From the NCBI GenBank assembly GCA_963675595.2, contig CAXXLZ010000002.1, positions 1,216,001 to 1,280,000 on the forward strand: 64,000 nt of DNA, in the 5' to 3' direction. The position numbers were made by a program, and so were the translations under genes. The notes under the pieces are model-generated. The model had not been told where the DNA came from, made no database searches, and was given only the letters and a program-made list of their open reading frames with translations. Source of the stretch: Thermodesulfobacteriota bacterium (GTDB lineage: Bacteria > Desulfobacterota > Desulfarculia > JACQYL01). Positions 50,329 to 60,208 of the stretch are shown here, piece after piece; positions within the stretch are counted from its first letter, which is position 1; each line of letters begins with the position of its first letter.

Positions 50329-50772
50329 TCAGAAGCCCCTACCTCCTCTCCCCGCTGATTCCAGAATCCACGCGGGTACTTCGTCGCTGCTCGATACCTT
50401 CGCATTATTGAGGAAGGTCATGTTGGTCGGGGCGCCGGAGTCTCCCGCATCCGACATCAAGGGACCATTCACTCGATAAGTGCCGCCTTTGATGTAGACG
50501 TTGATGGTACAAATTCCACGATCATTGCTTGCACGGATGACCTCACGGGCGTGCTCGATCGTCAAGAAGGGATCGTCCATATCGCCGCTCGCATAGTCGC
50601 TTCCGTCCATGGCCACCCAGTAATCGATGGTGCAGAGATTGGGAGAAGAATCATCCAAAGAACAGGCCGGAAGCAAGAATAGAAGAAATAAGACCAACGC
50701 CGCAGCCAAGAATGAAAGCCTGTGATATAATCGACCTTCATGGTTCGATACCATAGACATCGTCTCTTTCAA
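50329..50772 (-). pseudogene. Truncated/internally deleted beta-helix (pectin lyase-like) lipoprotein
   Basis: Lipobox LPAC; YWVAMDGSD..SG..DPFLTIEHA...VYIKGGTY...DSG N-cap, then an immediate short C-terminal segment. Confidence 0.5.
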
Positions 50773-50891
50773 TTACCTTTACGACGCGGGTTTCATCCGG
50801 GCAAGATTTGATTACCCTAGCTTGACACATACAAAGTCGCAATATGCGGGTCAAGAAGAATGAAGCCGCGAAGGGGAAACCCCGGACTATT

Positions 50892-51015
50892 GCGGACCGG
50901 TAAGAAACCATGACGGACAAGGCGCGCAAACCCCCGGCAATAAGACGTACATACAAGTTCGTCCCGGTGACGAGGAACGAAGTGCAACAACGCGGATCGC
51001 GTTTTTCATCGGCCT
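50892..51015 (+). repeat. ~125-bp MITE-like repeat
   Basis: CAAGGCGCGCAAACCCCCGGCAATAAGACGTACAT...GTGACGAGG..CGAAG.GCAAC..GATCGCGTTTT shared with 55721-55846. Confidence 0.75.
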
Positions 51016-51038
51016 AAAATCACAAGGAGGAGATCGGC

Positions 51039-51968
51039 ATGTCGAAAATAGAATATTGCCGCGAAGACCCGATTTTCAGGCTCCGCACTCCCCTGCTCTT
51101 CGCGCACAGGGGCGGCGCCTTGGAAGTACCGGAAAGCACGAAGAAGGCGTTTTGCTACGCCTTTGACGTCGGGACGGACGTGCTCGAACTGGATGTACAA
51201 CTCACCAAGGACGGAAAGTTTGTGCTCTGGCACGGACCATCGTTGGAGAATGTGCGTATATCGGGTCAGCCGGATAATCCATCAAAAAGGCATAAGAACC
51301 GAAGAAAGATACAACATTTCCTGTGGGATGAATTGTGCGAGAAAGCCTGGGTGGCGAATCCGGGCGTTAAAAACCTCGCAAAGGTCAAGAAGGACCCCGA
51401 CCGTCATCTCATGCTCTTCTCCGATTTTCTGCGGGACGAAGAATTCAAAGACAAACCCATCAACATCGAACTAAAGGGAACGTTCGAGCCCTGCGCCGAC
51501 GAGAAGCGACCCGGTCTCACACAGAACTTGAAGCTGTTTACGGAAATCTTGAAAACGGATCCGGAACGAAAAATGGTGATCGTGAGTCTCCACCATCGGT
51601 TTATCAAAAAATTTCGAGAACTGACCGGCGATGCTTATTGCACGGGGCTTTCGTTTAGAGAGCAACTTTACCTCCGGCTTTCCATGAACATCGAAAAAAA
51701 GAATCGGGCTCTCGAAACCAGCTACGATACTTACATCTCCTCGAAGAGAATTGTCGACAACATCCGGGAGAAAGGCGGTTCGACTTACGTGTTCGTCACC
51801 CGATTCCCTTTCATCCCGGCACTGGACAAACACGAAAACATCGACGAAGCGGCCGTCTTCGGGATCCTCGACCGGGGCGTGGACGGTATCATGACGGACC
51901 GACCCGGGGCGATGAGGGGCATTATCGATCAATGGAAGCAAATGGTGCCTCTCCGCCGAAGGCGGTGA
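51039..51968 (+). CDS. Glycerophosphodiester phosphodiesterase family protein
   Basis: FAHRGG...PEST; LELDVQLTKDG..VLWH; NIELK; GVDGIMTDRP. Confidence 0.92.
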   Translation: MSKIEYCREDPIFRLRTPLLFAHRGGALEVPESTKKAFCYAFDVGTDVLELDVQLTKDGKFVLWHGPSLENVRISGQPDNPSKRHKNRRKIQHFLWDELCEKAWVANPGVKNLAKVKKDPDRHLMLFSDFLRDEEFKDKPINIELKGTFEPCADEKRPGLTQNLKLFTEILKTDPERKMVIVSLHHRFIKKFRELTGDAYCTGLSFREQLYLRLSMNIEKKNRALETSYDTYISSKRIVDNIREKGGSTYVFVTRFPFIPALDKHENIDEAAVFGILDRGVDGIMTDRPGAMRGIIDQWKQMVPLRRRR

Positions 51969-52036
51969 GGCCTGCTTGAAAGGTTTAGAGGGGGGGTGCG
52001 GGGGGGAACTTTTTCAAAAGTTCCCCCCCGTGAATG
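51947..52036 (+). repeat. Right-end module of the hairpin element; supplies the GDPD stop codon
   Basis: GCCTCTCCGCCGAAGGCGGTGAGGCCTGCTTGAAA identical to 39496-39530; GGGGGGAACTTTTTCAAAAGTTCCCCCC hairpin. Confidence 0.85.
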
Positions 52037-52138
52037 GGTACAGAGACTCAACGCACGGGGAAAATCGGACTTCCTCCGGGGGAAGCCTCACGGCGTTCGT
52101 GAAAGCCGTTGTGATAGGAAAGATTCTACGGGACCGCG

Positions 52139-52825
52139 TCAGGATCCGCCGGGGAATCTCTTTGCGGACTTCCTTCGCCAAAGAGCCGCCGCCGACAAGC
52201 CGATACCGAACAGCGCCAGAGTACCGGGCTCGGGCACCGGCGCGACGCTGGTTTCAGGCGCCGGGCCGGCCACGGAAAATCCGGAAAAGTGAGATACCGA
52301 CGGGATCGAGGCCAGGTTCCGTTCATTATTCGGAGGAAGATGCCCTGTATTCCATTCCCCCGATGCCTGTGGGGTTTCCAGCCAGTACAGAGCAAACCCG
52401 TTGGCGCCTTTTACCGTGTACACGTTGATGGGGAAAGGATTTCCGGAATCTCGGGACGACGCGCTCCAGGTGCCGGATACGTCTTCCAGTGTCTTTTCTT
52501 TGATGGTGCCCGGGTAGACGGTGGCTCCGGCATAGGTAAGAGACACGGATATGTCTCCATCCGTACCGTCCGACTTGCCGTACTCCGTGAGATCCACTGA
52601 ATAACCCAATTCCCACAGAGCCCATTCCACGGTGGCCTCGTCGTCCTTTACCGGCCCCCTTTCACCGTCGCCGTTCATGACCGTGCCGAGATATTGCCCG
52701 CTGTAACCGTAGTCGAATACGATATCGTCCGTCCTCGGAGGGGTGACCTGAGCGATATACAGGCAGAGCCCGTTGCCGGGGAACGCCAAAAGGAGCAACA
52801 GCGAAAGGAATCCGATCCTCTTCAT
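52139..52825 (-). CDS. PEP-CTERM protein
   Basis: Signal peptide MKRIGFLSLLLLL; VPEPGTLALFGIGLSAAALWRRK. Confidence 0.9.
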   Translation of the reverse strand: MKRIGFLSLLLLLAFPGNGLCLYIAQVTPPRTDDIVFDYGYSGQYLGTVMNGDGERGPVKDDEATVEWALWELGYSVDLTEYGKSDGTDGDISVSLTYAGATVYPGTIKEKTLEDVSGTWSASSRDSGNPFPINVYTVKGANGFALYWLETPQASGEWNTGHLPPNNERNLASIPSVSHFSGFSVAGPAPETSVAPVPEPGTLALFGIGLSAAALWRRKSAKRFPGGS

Positions 52826-53617
52826 TTTCTCACTTTCCAATATTGTGACGGCGACCGGACGATGGAGAATTCGGCACCGGCGAAGATCCTGCGGTCATCA
52901 TTCCAGACTCCACATCAGAGATGAAATTATGCAATTCCCGCGCCACTCCCATAATACCGGAGAATGCGCCATCTCCGCGCTTACCGGAAGCGGGACTGTA
53001 AAACTTTTCGATACAGGTAATAACTTAAAATCAATAGGAGAATTCTTCCGCCATCCACTGGAACAGCTAAACGCCCCTTCCTTTCCGGCCTTACGCGGAA
53101 CCACGTTTTCGAATTCGCCTGTCAAAATTTCCGACGATCGAAGCGTTCACCAACGCGCCCGAACCCATATCTTCAACGCTCCAAGTCGGCGCGCACACCG
53201 TCGACCCCTCAAGAGTGGGAGATACGGTTATCGTGAGCCTTCATCAGGCATGTAAAGACCTCCGACGATCATCAGTGGGAGGTCCGTTCTCCGGAAGTTT
53301 GCCGAACCGTGATCCCGGCAACGCGTCTCCCGTCGTTGCCGCTCTCGTGCCTTGTTCCCCCGTCTTTCCCAAGCCGGCGACTGCAGAAGAAGAGTGTTCT
53401 TCACCCCACCCCGAGACACCGCAGTTCCTGGAACTATCGAGCGTTCCGAATACAGCCTTGGGCTACTATCGATATTTTCTATTTCAATGATTCACAAATT
53501 CGTAATTTTTCATTTCCCGAGGGTCCCACTTCTGCTACCATACCTTCATCCAACCGACTTGACCTAAGAACCAAGCACAAAACAAGTTTCCTCTCCGGCC
53601 GAACAAAGCTATCCGAG

Positions 53618-55441
53618 ATGCAATCCCCTTGGCGCTCCCTTTCGTTGTGCTTTGTGTTGTTTCTTCTATCGCCTCAAGTCGCCTCGGCTTCGACACCCGT
53701 TGTGTTGAACGAGGATGTCGATAAGTTCCTCCTGGCGCGGCACCTCTACGTCCTGGAAGACAAGGAGGCGTCCTTGAGCCTCGAAGACGTCCTGCGGGAC
53801 GACGTCCGTGCCGAATTCAAACTGAACAAGGAGGGGGTGGAGAACTTCGGATTCGTGAACTCCGCCTTCTGGGTCCATTTCAGCGTCGAGAATCCATTGC
53901 ACGAAGACCAGGAACTCGTGCTGGAGGAAGCCTATCCACACATAGACCATCTCGACGTCTATCTGTTTCGTGGAGGACGCCAAGTAGGATCGTTCAAGGC
54001 GGGCGACACGTTTCCCTTCCACAGGCGCGAGGTCGATTACCGAAGTTTCCTGTTCGAACTCGTTGTCCCCGCTCAAAGCACCATGAACGTGTACATTCGA
54101 GCCAAGACCGAGGGCGCCGCTCAATTGCCCCTCACCCTTTGGCGACCCAACGCGTTGCTGGAGAAGATCAACAAGGAACAAACCTTCATGGGGGTCTACT
54201 TTGGAATCATGACCGCCATGGCCCTTTACAATCTGTTTCTCTTTATCTTCCTTAGAGACCGCAACTACCTGTACTATGTCGCCTTCGTCTCCTCCATGAT
54301 TTTGCAGCAACTGGGACTCAGCCGCATGGATATGGAGTTCCTTTGGCCGAACTCGCCCGCTTTCGCCAACACGTCCCACATCGTCATCTACTGCGCCACT
54401 TTCTTCTTCGGCGCCCTGTTCTCCAGGAGCTTTCTGGATACCCGGAGATACGCCCCTCTTCTGAACAAAGGGCTGCTCGTCATGATGGCCGTCTGCGTGT
54501 TGAACGCGCTGATCACCATTTTTGTGAGTCGACGACTGGGCGGGTTGATCGTGCTCTTCGTGATCGCGGCCATAGAGCCCCTGCTCTTGTTGGCCGCCGG
54601 GATCCGTTGCTGGAGCAAGGGTCGGACCGTGGCACGGTATTACACCGTGGCGTGGACGGTCTTCCTCATCAGCGCGGTATTTAACAATTTCAGGAACATG
54701 GGCGTTGTGGAGCCCACGCTGTTGGCCAACTACAGCTCCCATATCGGATCGGCGCTGGAAGTTTTCCTGCTCTCCCTCGCTTTGGCGGACCGCATCAACG
54801 CGATCAAGAACGACGCCATCGCCGCCAAACAAAAAGCTTTTGAAGCGGAAAAAGCCATGACAACGGAGTTGGAGAAGCAGGTGGAACTGCGCACCGCCGA
54901 ACTGAAGGATGCCAACCTGGAATTGGAGAAACAGTCCAATACGGACGGGTTGACGAGAATCTTCAACCGTCGTTACTTTGATCGGCAACTGGATCGGGAA
55001 TGGCGTCGCCACAAACGAACCGCCCATCCCTTGGGCTTGATCATGTGTGATATCGATTTCTTCAAGCAGTACAACGATACTTACGGCCACCAAGCCGGCG
55101 ATGCTTGCCTGCAATCCATCGCCGGAACCTTGGACGCCTCGGTCCGCCGATCCCACGACATCGTCGCCAGGTATGGAGGAGAAGAGTTCGTCGTGCTTCT
55201 ACCCGAGACGGACCTGCACGGGGCTCGAAAAGTGGCCGAATCCATCCGATCCGCCGTCTACGACCTGAAAATTCCCCACGAGACCTCCTCCGTCGGCGGC
55301 GTCGTGACGCTCAGTTACGGCGTCTCCTCAACGGCCCCCGACACGGGGACCGGGGCCACCGCATTGGTCTCCCTCGCCGATGAAGCGCTTTACCTGAGCA
55401 AGAAACACGGCAGAGACTGCATTTCCGATCGTTGCAGCTAA
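53618..55441 (+). CDS. 7TM-DISM sensor diguanylate cyclase
   Basis: NFGFVNSAFWV (DISMED2); YNLFLFIFLRDRNYLYY 7TM; DIDFFKQYNDTYGH; RSHD I-site; ARYGGEEF. Confidence 0.93.
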   Translation: MQSPWRSLSLCFVLFLLSPQVASASTPVVLNEDVDKFLLARHLYVLEDKEASLSLEDVLRDDVRAEFKLNKEGVENFGFVNSAFWVHFSVENPLHEDQELVLEEAYPHIDHLDVYLFRGGRQVGSFKAGDTFPFHRREVDYRSFLFELVVPAQSTMNVYIRAKTEGAAQLPLTLWRPNALLEKINKEQTFMGVYFGIMTAMALYNLFLFIFLRDRNYLYYVAFVSSMILQQLGLSRMDMEFLWPNSPAFANTSHIVIYCATFFFGALFSRSFLDTRRYAPLLNKGLLVMMAVCVLNALITIFVSRRLGGLIVLFVIAAIEPLLLLAAGIRCWSKGRTVARYYTVAWTVFLISAVFNNFRNMGVVEPTLLANYSSHIGSALEVFLLSLALADRINAIKNDAIAAKQKAFEAEKAMTTELEKQVELRTAELKDANLELEKQSNTDGLTRIFNRRYFDRQLDREWRRHKRTAHPLGLIMCDIDFFKQYNDTYGHQAGDACLQSIAGTLDASVRRSHDIVARYGGEEFVVLLPETDLHGARKVAESIRSAVYDLKIPHETSSVGGVVTLSYGVSSTAPDTGTGATALVSLADEALYLSKKHGRDCISDRCS

Positions 55442-55534
55442 GGCCGGGTCACGGTGCCTACACCGGGAAGCGTCGGCCCTGCCTGCCGCCCACCGAAAAC
55501 GGGCCGTCGCAGTCATACAGGGAAGGATTTCGAA

Positions 55535-55686
55535 AGGTCCGGGGGGTGTTTTTGCGAATCGCGTACGCGATTCGCAAGACGAGCAGCATGCGCCGTCCAA
55601 CGTATTAAAACGCCTGAAGTTTGGGAAGGTGCCCGAGGGAGCCCTTTTTGAAAAAGGGTTCCCTCAGATACCCCTCTGAATGCTCA
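55535..55686. repeat. Palindrome-core repeat (copy 3)
   Basis: TTGCGAATCGCGTACGCGATTCGCAA at 55552-55577 plus GGGAGCCCTTTTTGAAAAAGGGTTCCC hairpin. Confidence 0.85.
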
Positions 55687-55720
55687 CGTCCCGACCGCCC
55701 GTTGAAAAGGTCGGACTGGT

Positions 55721-55846
55721 GCGGATTGTTGAAAAACGATGAGCTGCAAGGCGCACGAATCCCGGGGAATAAGACGTACATGCGAGTACGTCGGAGTGAC
55801 GAGGGACGAAGCGCAACGCCGCAGATCGCGTTTTGCAGCGATCCGC
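55721..55846 (+). repeat. ~125-bp MITE-like repeat with TIRs
   Basis: GCGGATTGTTGAAAAAC ... GTTTTGCAGCGATCCGC imperfect inverted termini. Confidence 0.75.
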
Positions 55847-56694
55847 TAATATTGGAATACGCCGCGGCCGGTCTTCCGTCCCAACAGCCCGGCTTTGACG
55901 AGCTTCACCAGGAGCGGGGCGGGTCGGTATTTGTCCCCCAGTTCCCGGTGCAGCGTCTGCATGCACGCCAGCAGGACGTCCAACCCGAAGGCGTCCGACG
56001 CAGCCAACGGACCCAATGGAAACCCGAGCCCCAACGTGCAACTGCGATCGATTTCCTCGGCCGAGGCCAAACCGGTTTCCAGGGCGAAGAACGCTTCGTT
56101 CACCAGGGGAAGATAAAGCCGGTTGATGACGAATCCGGGCGAATCCGTCGCCGTGACCGTTTGTTTACCGCAGCGTTCCAGGAACGCCAAAGTGTCGACA
56201 AGGGTTTCGTCCGACGTGGTCGTGCCGCGCACCACTTCCACCAGAGGCGTCAGGGCCGCCGGAATCAGAAAATGGGTCCCGATGCAACTTGCGGGACGCC
56301 CCGTGGCAGCTGCGATTTCGGAAATCCACAGGGTGGACGTATTGCTGGCCAGAATCGTGTGTGCCGGACACACCGCATCCAGGCGTGCGAACACGTCCTT
56401 TTTCACCGCCATGTCTTCAAACACCGCTTCCACCACAAAGTCCGCATCACCGGCCGCCGCCGCCAACTCCGTACCGGCATGGATGCGCGACAACACGGCT
56501 TCCTTCCGATCCGCCTCCAGCTTTCCTTTCTTGATCTGGGCGTCGAGGAATTTCCCGATTCCCGCCATGCCCTTTTCCACCTGAGGCTCCGAGGCGTCCA
56601 CCATCGCGGTTGCAAATCCGGCCCGAGCGCACACGATTCCGATCTGGCTCCCCATGGTTCCCATGCCGATCACACAAACTTTCTTGACGTCCAT
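55846..56694 (-). CDS. 3-hydroxyacyl-CoA dehydrogenase
   Basis: [12 protein letters not shown]; VEAVFED; ILASNTST; GTHF; DSPGFVINR; LGRKTGRG. Confidence 0.95.
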   Translation of the reverse strand: MDVKKVCVIGMGTMGSQIGIVCARAGFATAMVDASEPQVEKGMAGIGKFLDAQIKKGKLEADRKEAVLSRIHAGTELAAAAGDADFVVEAVFEDMAVKKDVFARLDAVCPAHTILASNTSTLWISEIAAATGRPASCIGTHFLIPAALTPLVEVVRGTTTSDETLVDTLAFLERCGKQTVTATDSPGFVINRLYLPLVNEAFFALETGLASAEEIDRSCTLGLGFPLGPLAASDAFGLDVLLACMQTLHRELGDKYRPAPLLVKLVKAGLLGRKTGRGVFQY

Positions 56695-56712
56695 CCCACC
56701 GGCTCCTTTCTT

Positions 56713-57963
56713 TCAGGGCTGGTTGATATTCTCAACGACCGCTGCAATGCCCAAGCCACCGCCGCCGCATATGGATTCGATGCCGAAGCGCGCCTTGCGG
56801 CGCTTCATTTCATGAAGAAGCGTCACCAGGACCCGTGCGCCGGTGCACCCCACGGGATGCCCCAAGGAAATACCCGACCCGTTCACATTGACCTTATCGT
56901 ATTCGTCCGGCCCCAGTCCCATGAATTTCAGGTCTGCCAGCACCTGCGCGGCAAAGGCTTCCTGGATTTCCACCAGTTCCATACGGTCCGCCGACACGTC
57001 GGCGCGCTTCAGAGCCGCTTCCACGGCGGCGGGTACCGTGCGATACGTGTGTCTCGGGTCATCCCCGGCCACCGCGTGAGCCGCGATGCGGCCGAGGGGC
57101 CGACATCCCAGTTTGTCCGCTTTTTCCCTGGTGGTCACCAGAACCACGGCGGCGCCGTCGTTCTCCGAAGAAGAATTGCCGGCGGTACACACGCCGCCCA
57201 TCACGGGCCGTAAGCGCGCGAGTTTTTCCAGACTGGTGTCCGCACGGGGACCTTCGTCTTTGTCGAAAACGATCGAACCTTCTTTTCCTTGGTCGATGGT
57301 CATGGGCAGAATTTCCTCTTCGAACCTGCCGGCTTGCATGGCCGCGCACGCTTTCCTGTGGCTGGCCAAGGCCCATTCGTCGCAAGCCGCCCGCGTAATG
57401 TCTTCCTCTTTGGCGGCCGTTTCCGCCCAGGACATCATGGACGGAAGCACTCCGTAGCGCGCCTCCGGCTGAGACATGACCCGGGCCCGCTGAATCCGGT
57501 CGAACATGGGAATCCCCCACGAGGCAAGTTGCCCGTGGCCACGCGGCATCCCTCTCTTACCGCCGACTCCCCACTTCACGTCGCCCGTCAAATAGAACTC
57601 CGCGGTGCTCATGCTTTCCACGCCGCCCGCCGCCACCATGTCCGCCGCACCCGCCCGCACCATCAGCGTGGCCCAGCAAATCGCTTCCAGACCGCTGCAG
57701 CATCGCCGGTCGATGGTGATACCGGCCGTGCGCTCCGGCCATCCGGCGATGAGCAACGACATGCGGGCAATATTGACGTATTCTCCGCTCTGATAGGACT
57801 GTCCGAAAACGACTTCGTCCACTTCGCCGGGATCGACGCCCACCCGTCGGACGACCTCGTTCAAAACCAACGCTCCCAGATCGTACGCCGGCACCTCCCT
57901 CAGCGTACCCATATAACCGCCCACCGGTGTTCGGACCGCACCGACAATCACGGCCTCCCTCAT
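56713..57963 (-). CDS. Thiolase (acetyl-CoA C-acyltransferase)
   Basis: DRRCCSGL; AGGVESMS; TAGNSS.ENDGAA; VNVNGSGISLGHPVGCTG; CGGGG. Confidence 0.95.
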   Translation of the reverse strand: MREAVIVGAVRTPVGGYMGTLREVPAYDLGALVLNEVVRRVGVDPGEVDEVVFGQSYQSGEYVNIARMSLLIAGWPERTAGITIDRRCCSGLEAICWATLMVRAGAADMVAAGGVESMSTAEFYLTGDVKWGVGGKRGMPRGHGQLASWGIPMFDRIQRARVMSQPEARYGVLPSMMSWAETAAKEEDITRAACDEWALASHRKACAAMQAGRFEEEILPMTIDQGKEGSIVFDKDEGPRADTSLEKLARLRPVMGGVCTAGNSSSENDGAAVVLVTTREKADKLGCRPLGRIAAHAVAGDDPRHTYRTVPAAVEAALKRADVSADRMELVEIQEAFAAQVLADLKFMGLGPDEYDKVNVNGSGISLGHPVGCTGARVLVTLLHEMKRRKARFGIESICGGGGLGIAAVVENINQP

Positions 57964-58051
57964 ATCACCATCCTCCTCCGGCGCTTTCACGCGCGCGTTT
58001 CAACCTAGACAAGGCAGGGGCACCCCCCAAGGGTCCAACGCCCGGCCGTCG

Positions 58052-58846
58052 CTATTTTCGATATTTGTTGAAGTCCGGCGGTCTCTTTTCCAGGAAGGCC
58101 TGCACGCCCTCATGGGATTCGTCGGTGTGGTAATAGAGGTCCACCGCGTGCTTGGCCAACATGCCGATGCCGGCCACATGATCCGTGTCCGCATTGAAGG
58201 AGGCCTTGAGAAAAGCCAGAGAGGTCGGGGCCTTCTGCAGGAGCTCTTGACACCAGGACTCGACTTCGCTTTCCAGTTCCTCCGGAGGCACGACCTTGTT
58301 CACAAGCCCCATTTCCAAGGCTTCCTGCGCCGTATACTGGCGGCACAAATACCAAATCTCGCGCGCCTTCTTTTCGCCCACGATGTGAGCGAGAAAAACG
58401 GTGCCGAAACCGGCGTCGAAGCTGCCGACGCGAGGTCCGGCTTGTCCGAAGCGAGCCGTTTCCGACGCAATGGACAGGTCGCACACCACGTGCAGCACGT
58501 GGCCTCCGCCGACGGCATAGCCGTTCACCGCGGCGATCACCGGCTTGGGAATGGAGCGGATGGCGTTCAGCACAAGATTGTGCGCATCCAATAAGCCGAA
58601 TTTCGCCTCACCCTGGCCGTAGCCTTCACCGTCCTTGGTCTTCTGGTCCCCACCGGCGCAGAAGGCCTTGTCACCCACGCCGGTGAGCACCACCACGCCC
58701 ACGGCCTTGTCCGCCCATGCGTCCATGAGAGCTTGATGCATCTCCTCCAACGTCAGTGCTGTAAACGCATTGTATCGCTCGGGCCGGTTAATGCTGATCT
58801 TGGCGATACCGTTCCTTTTCTCATAAATGATCTCCCTGAAATCCAT
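58052..58846 (-). CDS. MenB/BadI-like crotonase (possible cyclic 2-ketoacyl-CoA hydrolase)
   Basis: AFCAGGDQ; [10 protein letters not shown]; [14 protein letters not shown]; [13 protein letters not shown]; [23 protein letters not shown]; GGAGAG RBS. Confidence 0.85.
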   Translation of the reverse strand: MDFREIIYEKRNGIAKISINRPERYNAFTALTLEEMHQALMDAWADKAVGVVVLTGVGDKAFCAGGDQKTKDGEGYGQGEAKFGLLDAHNLVLNAIRSIPKPVIAAVNGYAVGGGHVLHVVCDLSIASETARFGQAGPRVGSFDAGFGTVFLAHIVGEKKAREIWYLCRQYTAQEALEMGLVNKVVPPEELESEVESWCQELLQKAPTSLAFLKASFNADTDHVAGIGMLAKHAVDLYYHTDESHEGVQAFLEKRPPDFNKYRK

Positions 58847-58919
58847 CCCTCTCCTCCTTTGAGCCTGGGACATCCCATTGCCCGCTAAATCCGAGAGCGT
58901 ACATCCGTGTGTATTGACA

Positions 58920-59130
58920 GGATATCGGGGAACCTTTTGAAAAAGGCTCCCCGACCTTTCCGGAACTTCCTGAGAGGGTTGCTCGCCTGCGCGTCGCAAC
59001 CGGGGTTCGGGGTTCTCTCTGAGCAGGTTACCGGGTCCGTATATCCGGAACCTTCGACAAAGGCGTCGCTGTTTGAATGCCCTGAATCGGCGAACAAGCT
59101 CACCAATTCGGGTCCGGCTCTCATTCGGCA
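58920..59130 (+). repeat. Left-end module of the hairpin element
   Basis: GGGGAACCTTTTGAAAAAGGCTCCCC...GAGGGTTGCTCGCCTGCGCGTCGCAACCGGG nearly identical to 39234-39266. Confidence 0.8.
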
Positions 59131-59861
59131 AGCTGTTGATCCATGATGTAGTCGCCCTTGGCGTCGAAAGTCGAATAGCGCAACAACCACTGATAAACAC
59201 GAGTCAGATGGGCTCGCACCGTTTGTTCCGCCCTTTCCGCATCCTTTGCCTCAAAGGCCTCTATGATCCCTTCGTGTTCTTCAATGGAAACCGGAATGGT
59301 CTCGGAATCCGCATAACAGATATTCGTCAACAGGAGCCATGAGATTCCGTTGGTCAAACTCTTGATGGTGCGATTAAGTATCTCACTGTCCACGGCCTTG
59401 ATATACACCCGGTGGAATTCGTGGTTCAGATGCGAGCATTGCTCATAGCCGGCCTCAAAGTAGGCATGACGCATGCGTTCGTTGAGATCGATCAAGGTTC
59501 GGATTTGGTCCCCGTTGATGACGGGGGCCGCCAGTCGGGCCGCCAATCCTTCCAGACACGCAATGATGGGAAACACTTCCGCAAGGTTTTTCTTGGTGAT
59601 TCTGCGGACATACTTTCTCTTGTAATCGTCCACTTCGATCAGCCCGTCGCCCTGAAGCAGACGCAGAGCTTCGCGAATGGGCGCGCGACTCACGCCGAAC
59701 CAGTTCTCCAGCTCCGATTCCGTGATTCTCCGGCCCGGCGACAGGGTGCCTTTGACGATGGCTTCGCTCAGATCGTGCGTAAGTTGGCCGACCATGGACT
59801 TCGGCCTTGAGAAACCGCTGTGCCGCACGGCGGGGTCCTTCCCAGGTTGCTTGAACATCAT
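59121..59861 (-). CDS. GntR/FadR-family (FCD) transcriptional regulator
   Basis: [27 protein letters not shown]; NHEFH; EEHEGIIEA. Confidence 0.93.
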   Translation of the reverse strand: MMFKQPGKDPAVRHSGFSRPKSMVGQLTHDLSEAIVKGTLSPGRRITESELENWFGVSRAPIREALRLLQGDGLIEVDDYKRKYVRRITKKNLAEVFPIIACLEGLAARLAAPVINGDQIRTLIDLNERMRHAYFEAGYEQCSHLNHEFHRVYIKAVDSEILNRTIKSLTNGISWLLLTNICYADSETIPVSIEEHEGIIEAFEAKDAERAEQTVRAHLTRVYQWLLRYSTFDAKGDYIMDQQLAE

Positions 59862-59894
59862 TGTATACTAGCATCTTGTATACAATTGAGCAAC
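59861..59894 (-). promoter_or_regulatory. GntR promoter with overlapping TTGTATACAA-type operators
   Basis: TTGTATACTA (59861-59870) and TTGTATACAA (59876-59885); minus strand TTGCTC-N17-TAGTAT directly before the ATGs, no SD. Confidence 0.6.
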
Positions 59895-60208
59895 AAGAAA
59901 AGCAACGACCAACCGCGCGGAATCATCTCACCGCGCACGCCCGCCGTCGGTAAGAGGAGAAATCCCGCACCGGGGACCATTTGGTCCGCCCCCCCGCAAT
60001 GATGGGAGGCGGGTCCCGATCCAGGTTTTTTTCCCTATGCGGTTGTGGGTGACTGTCGTGAATATATGGGGAAGTACAAACGTGGACGTTTTCCTGATGC
60101 GGATGCTCCAGGCACGGCATGTTCCATACAACACATTAAAATACTTAAAGGTTTTAGGAAGGAGCCCGGGGGAGACTTTCCCGAAAGTCTCCCCCGGAAG
60201 AAAACACA

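Noticed and set aside
58052-59200. 382-aa extended crotonase
   Set aside because: The extension runs through a dispersed repeat; the RBS supports a start at 58846
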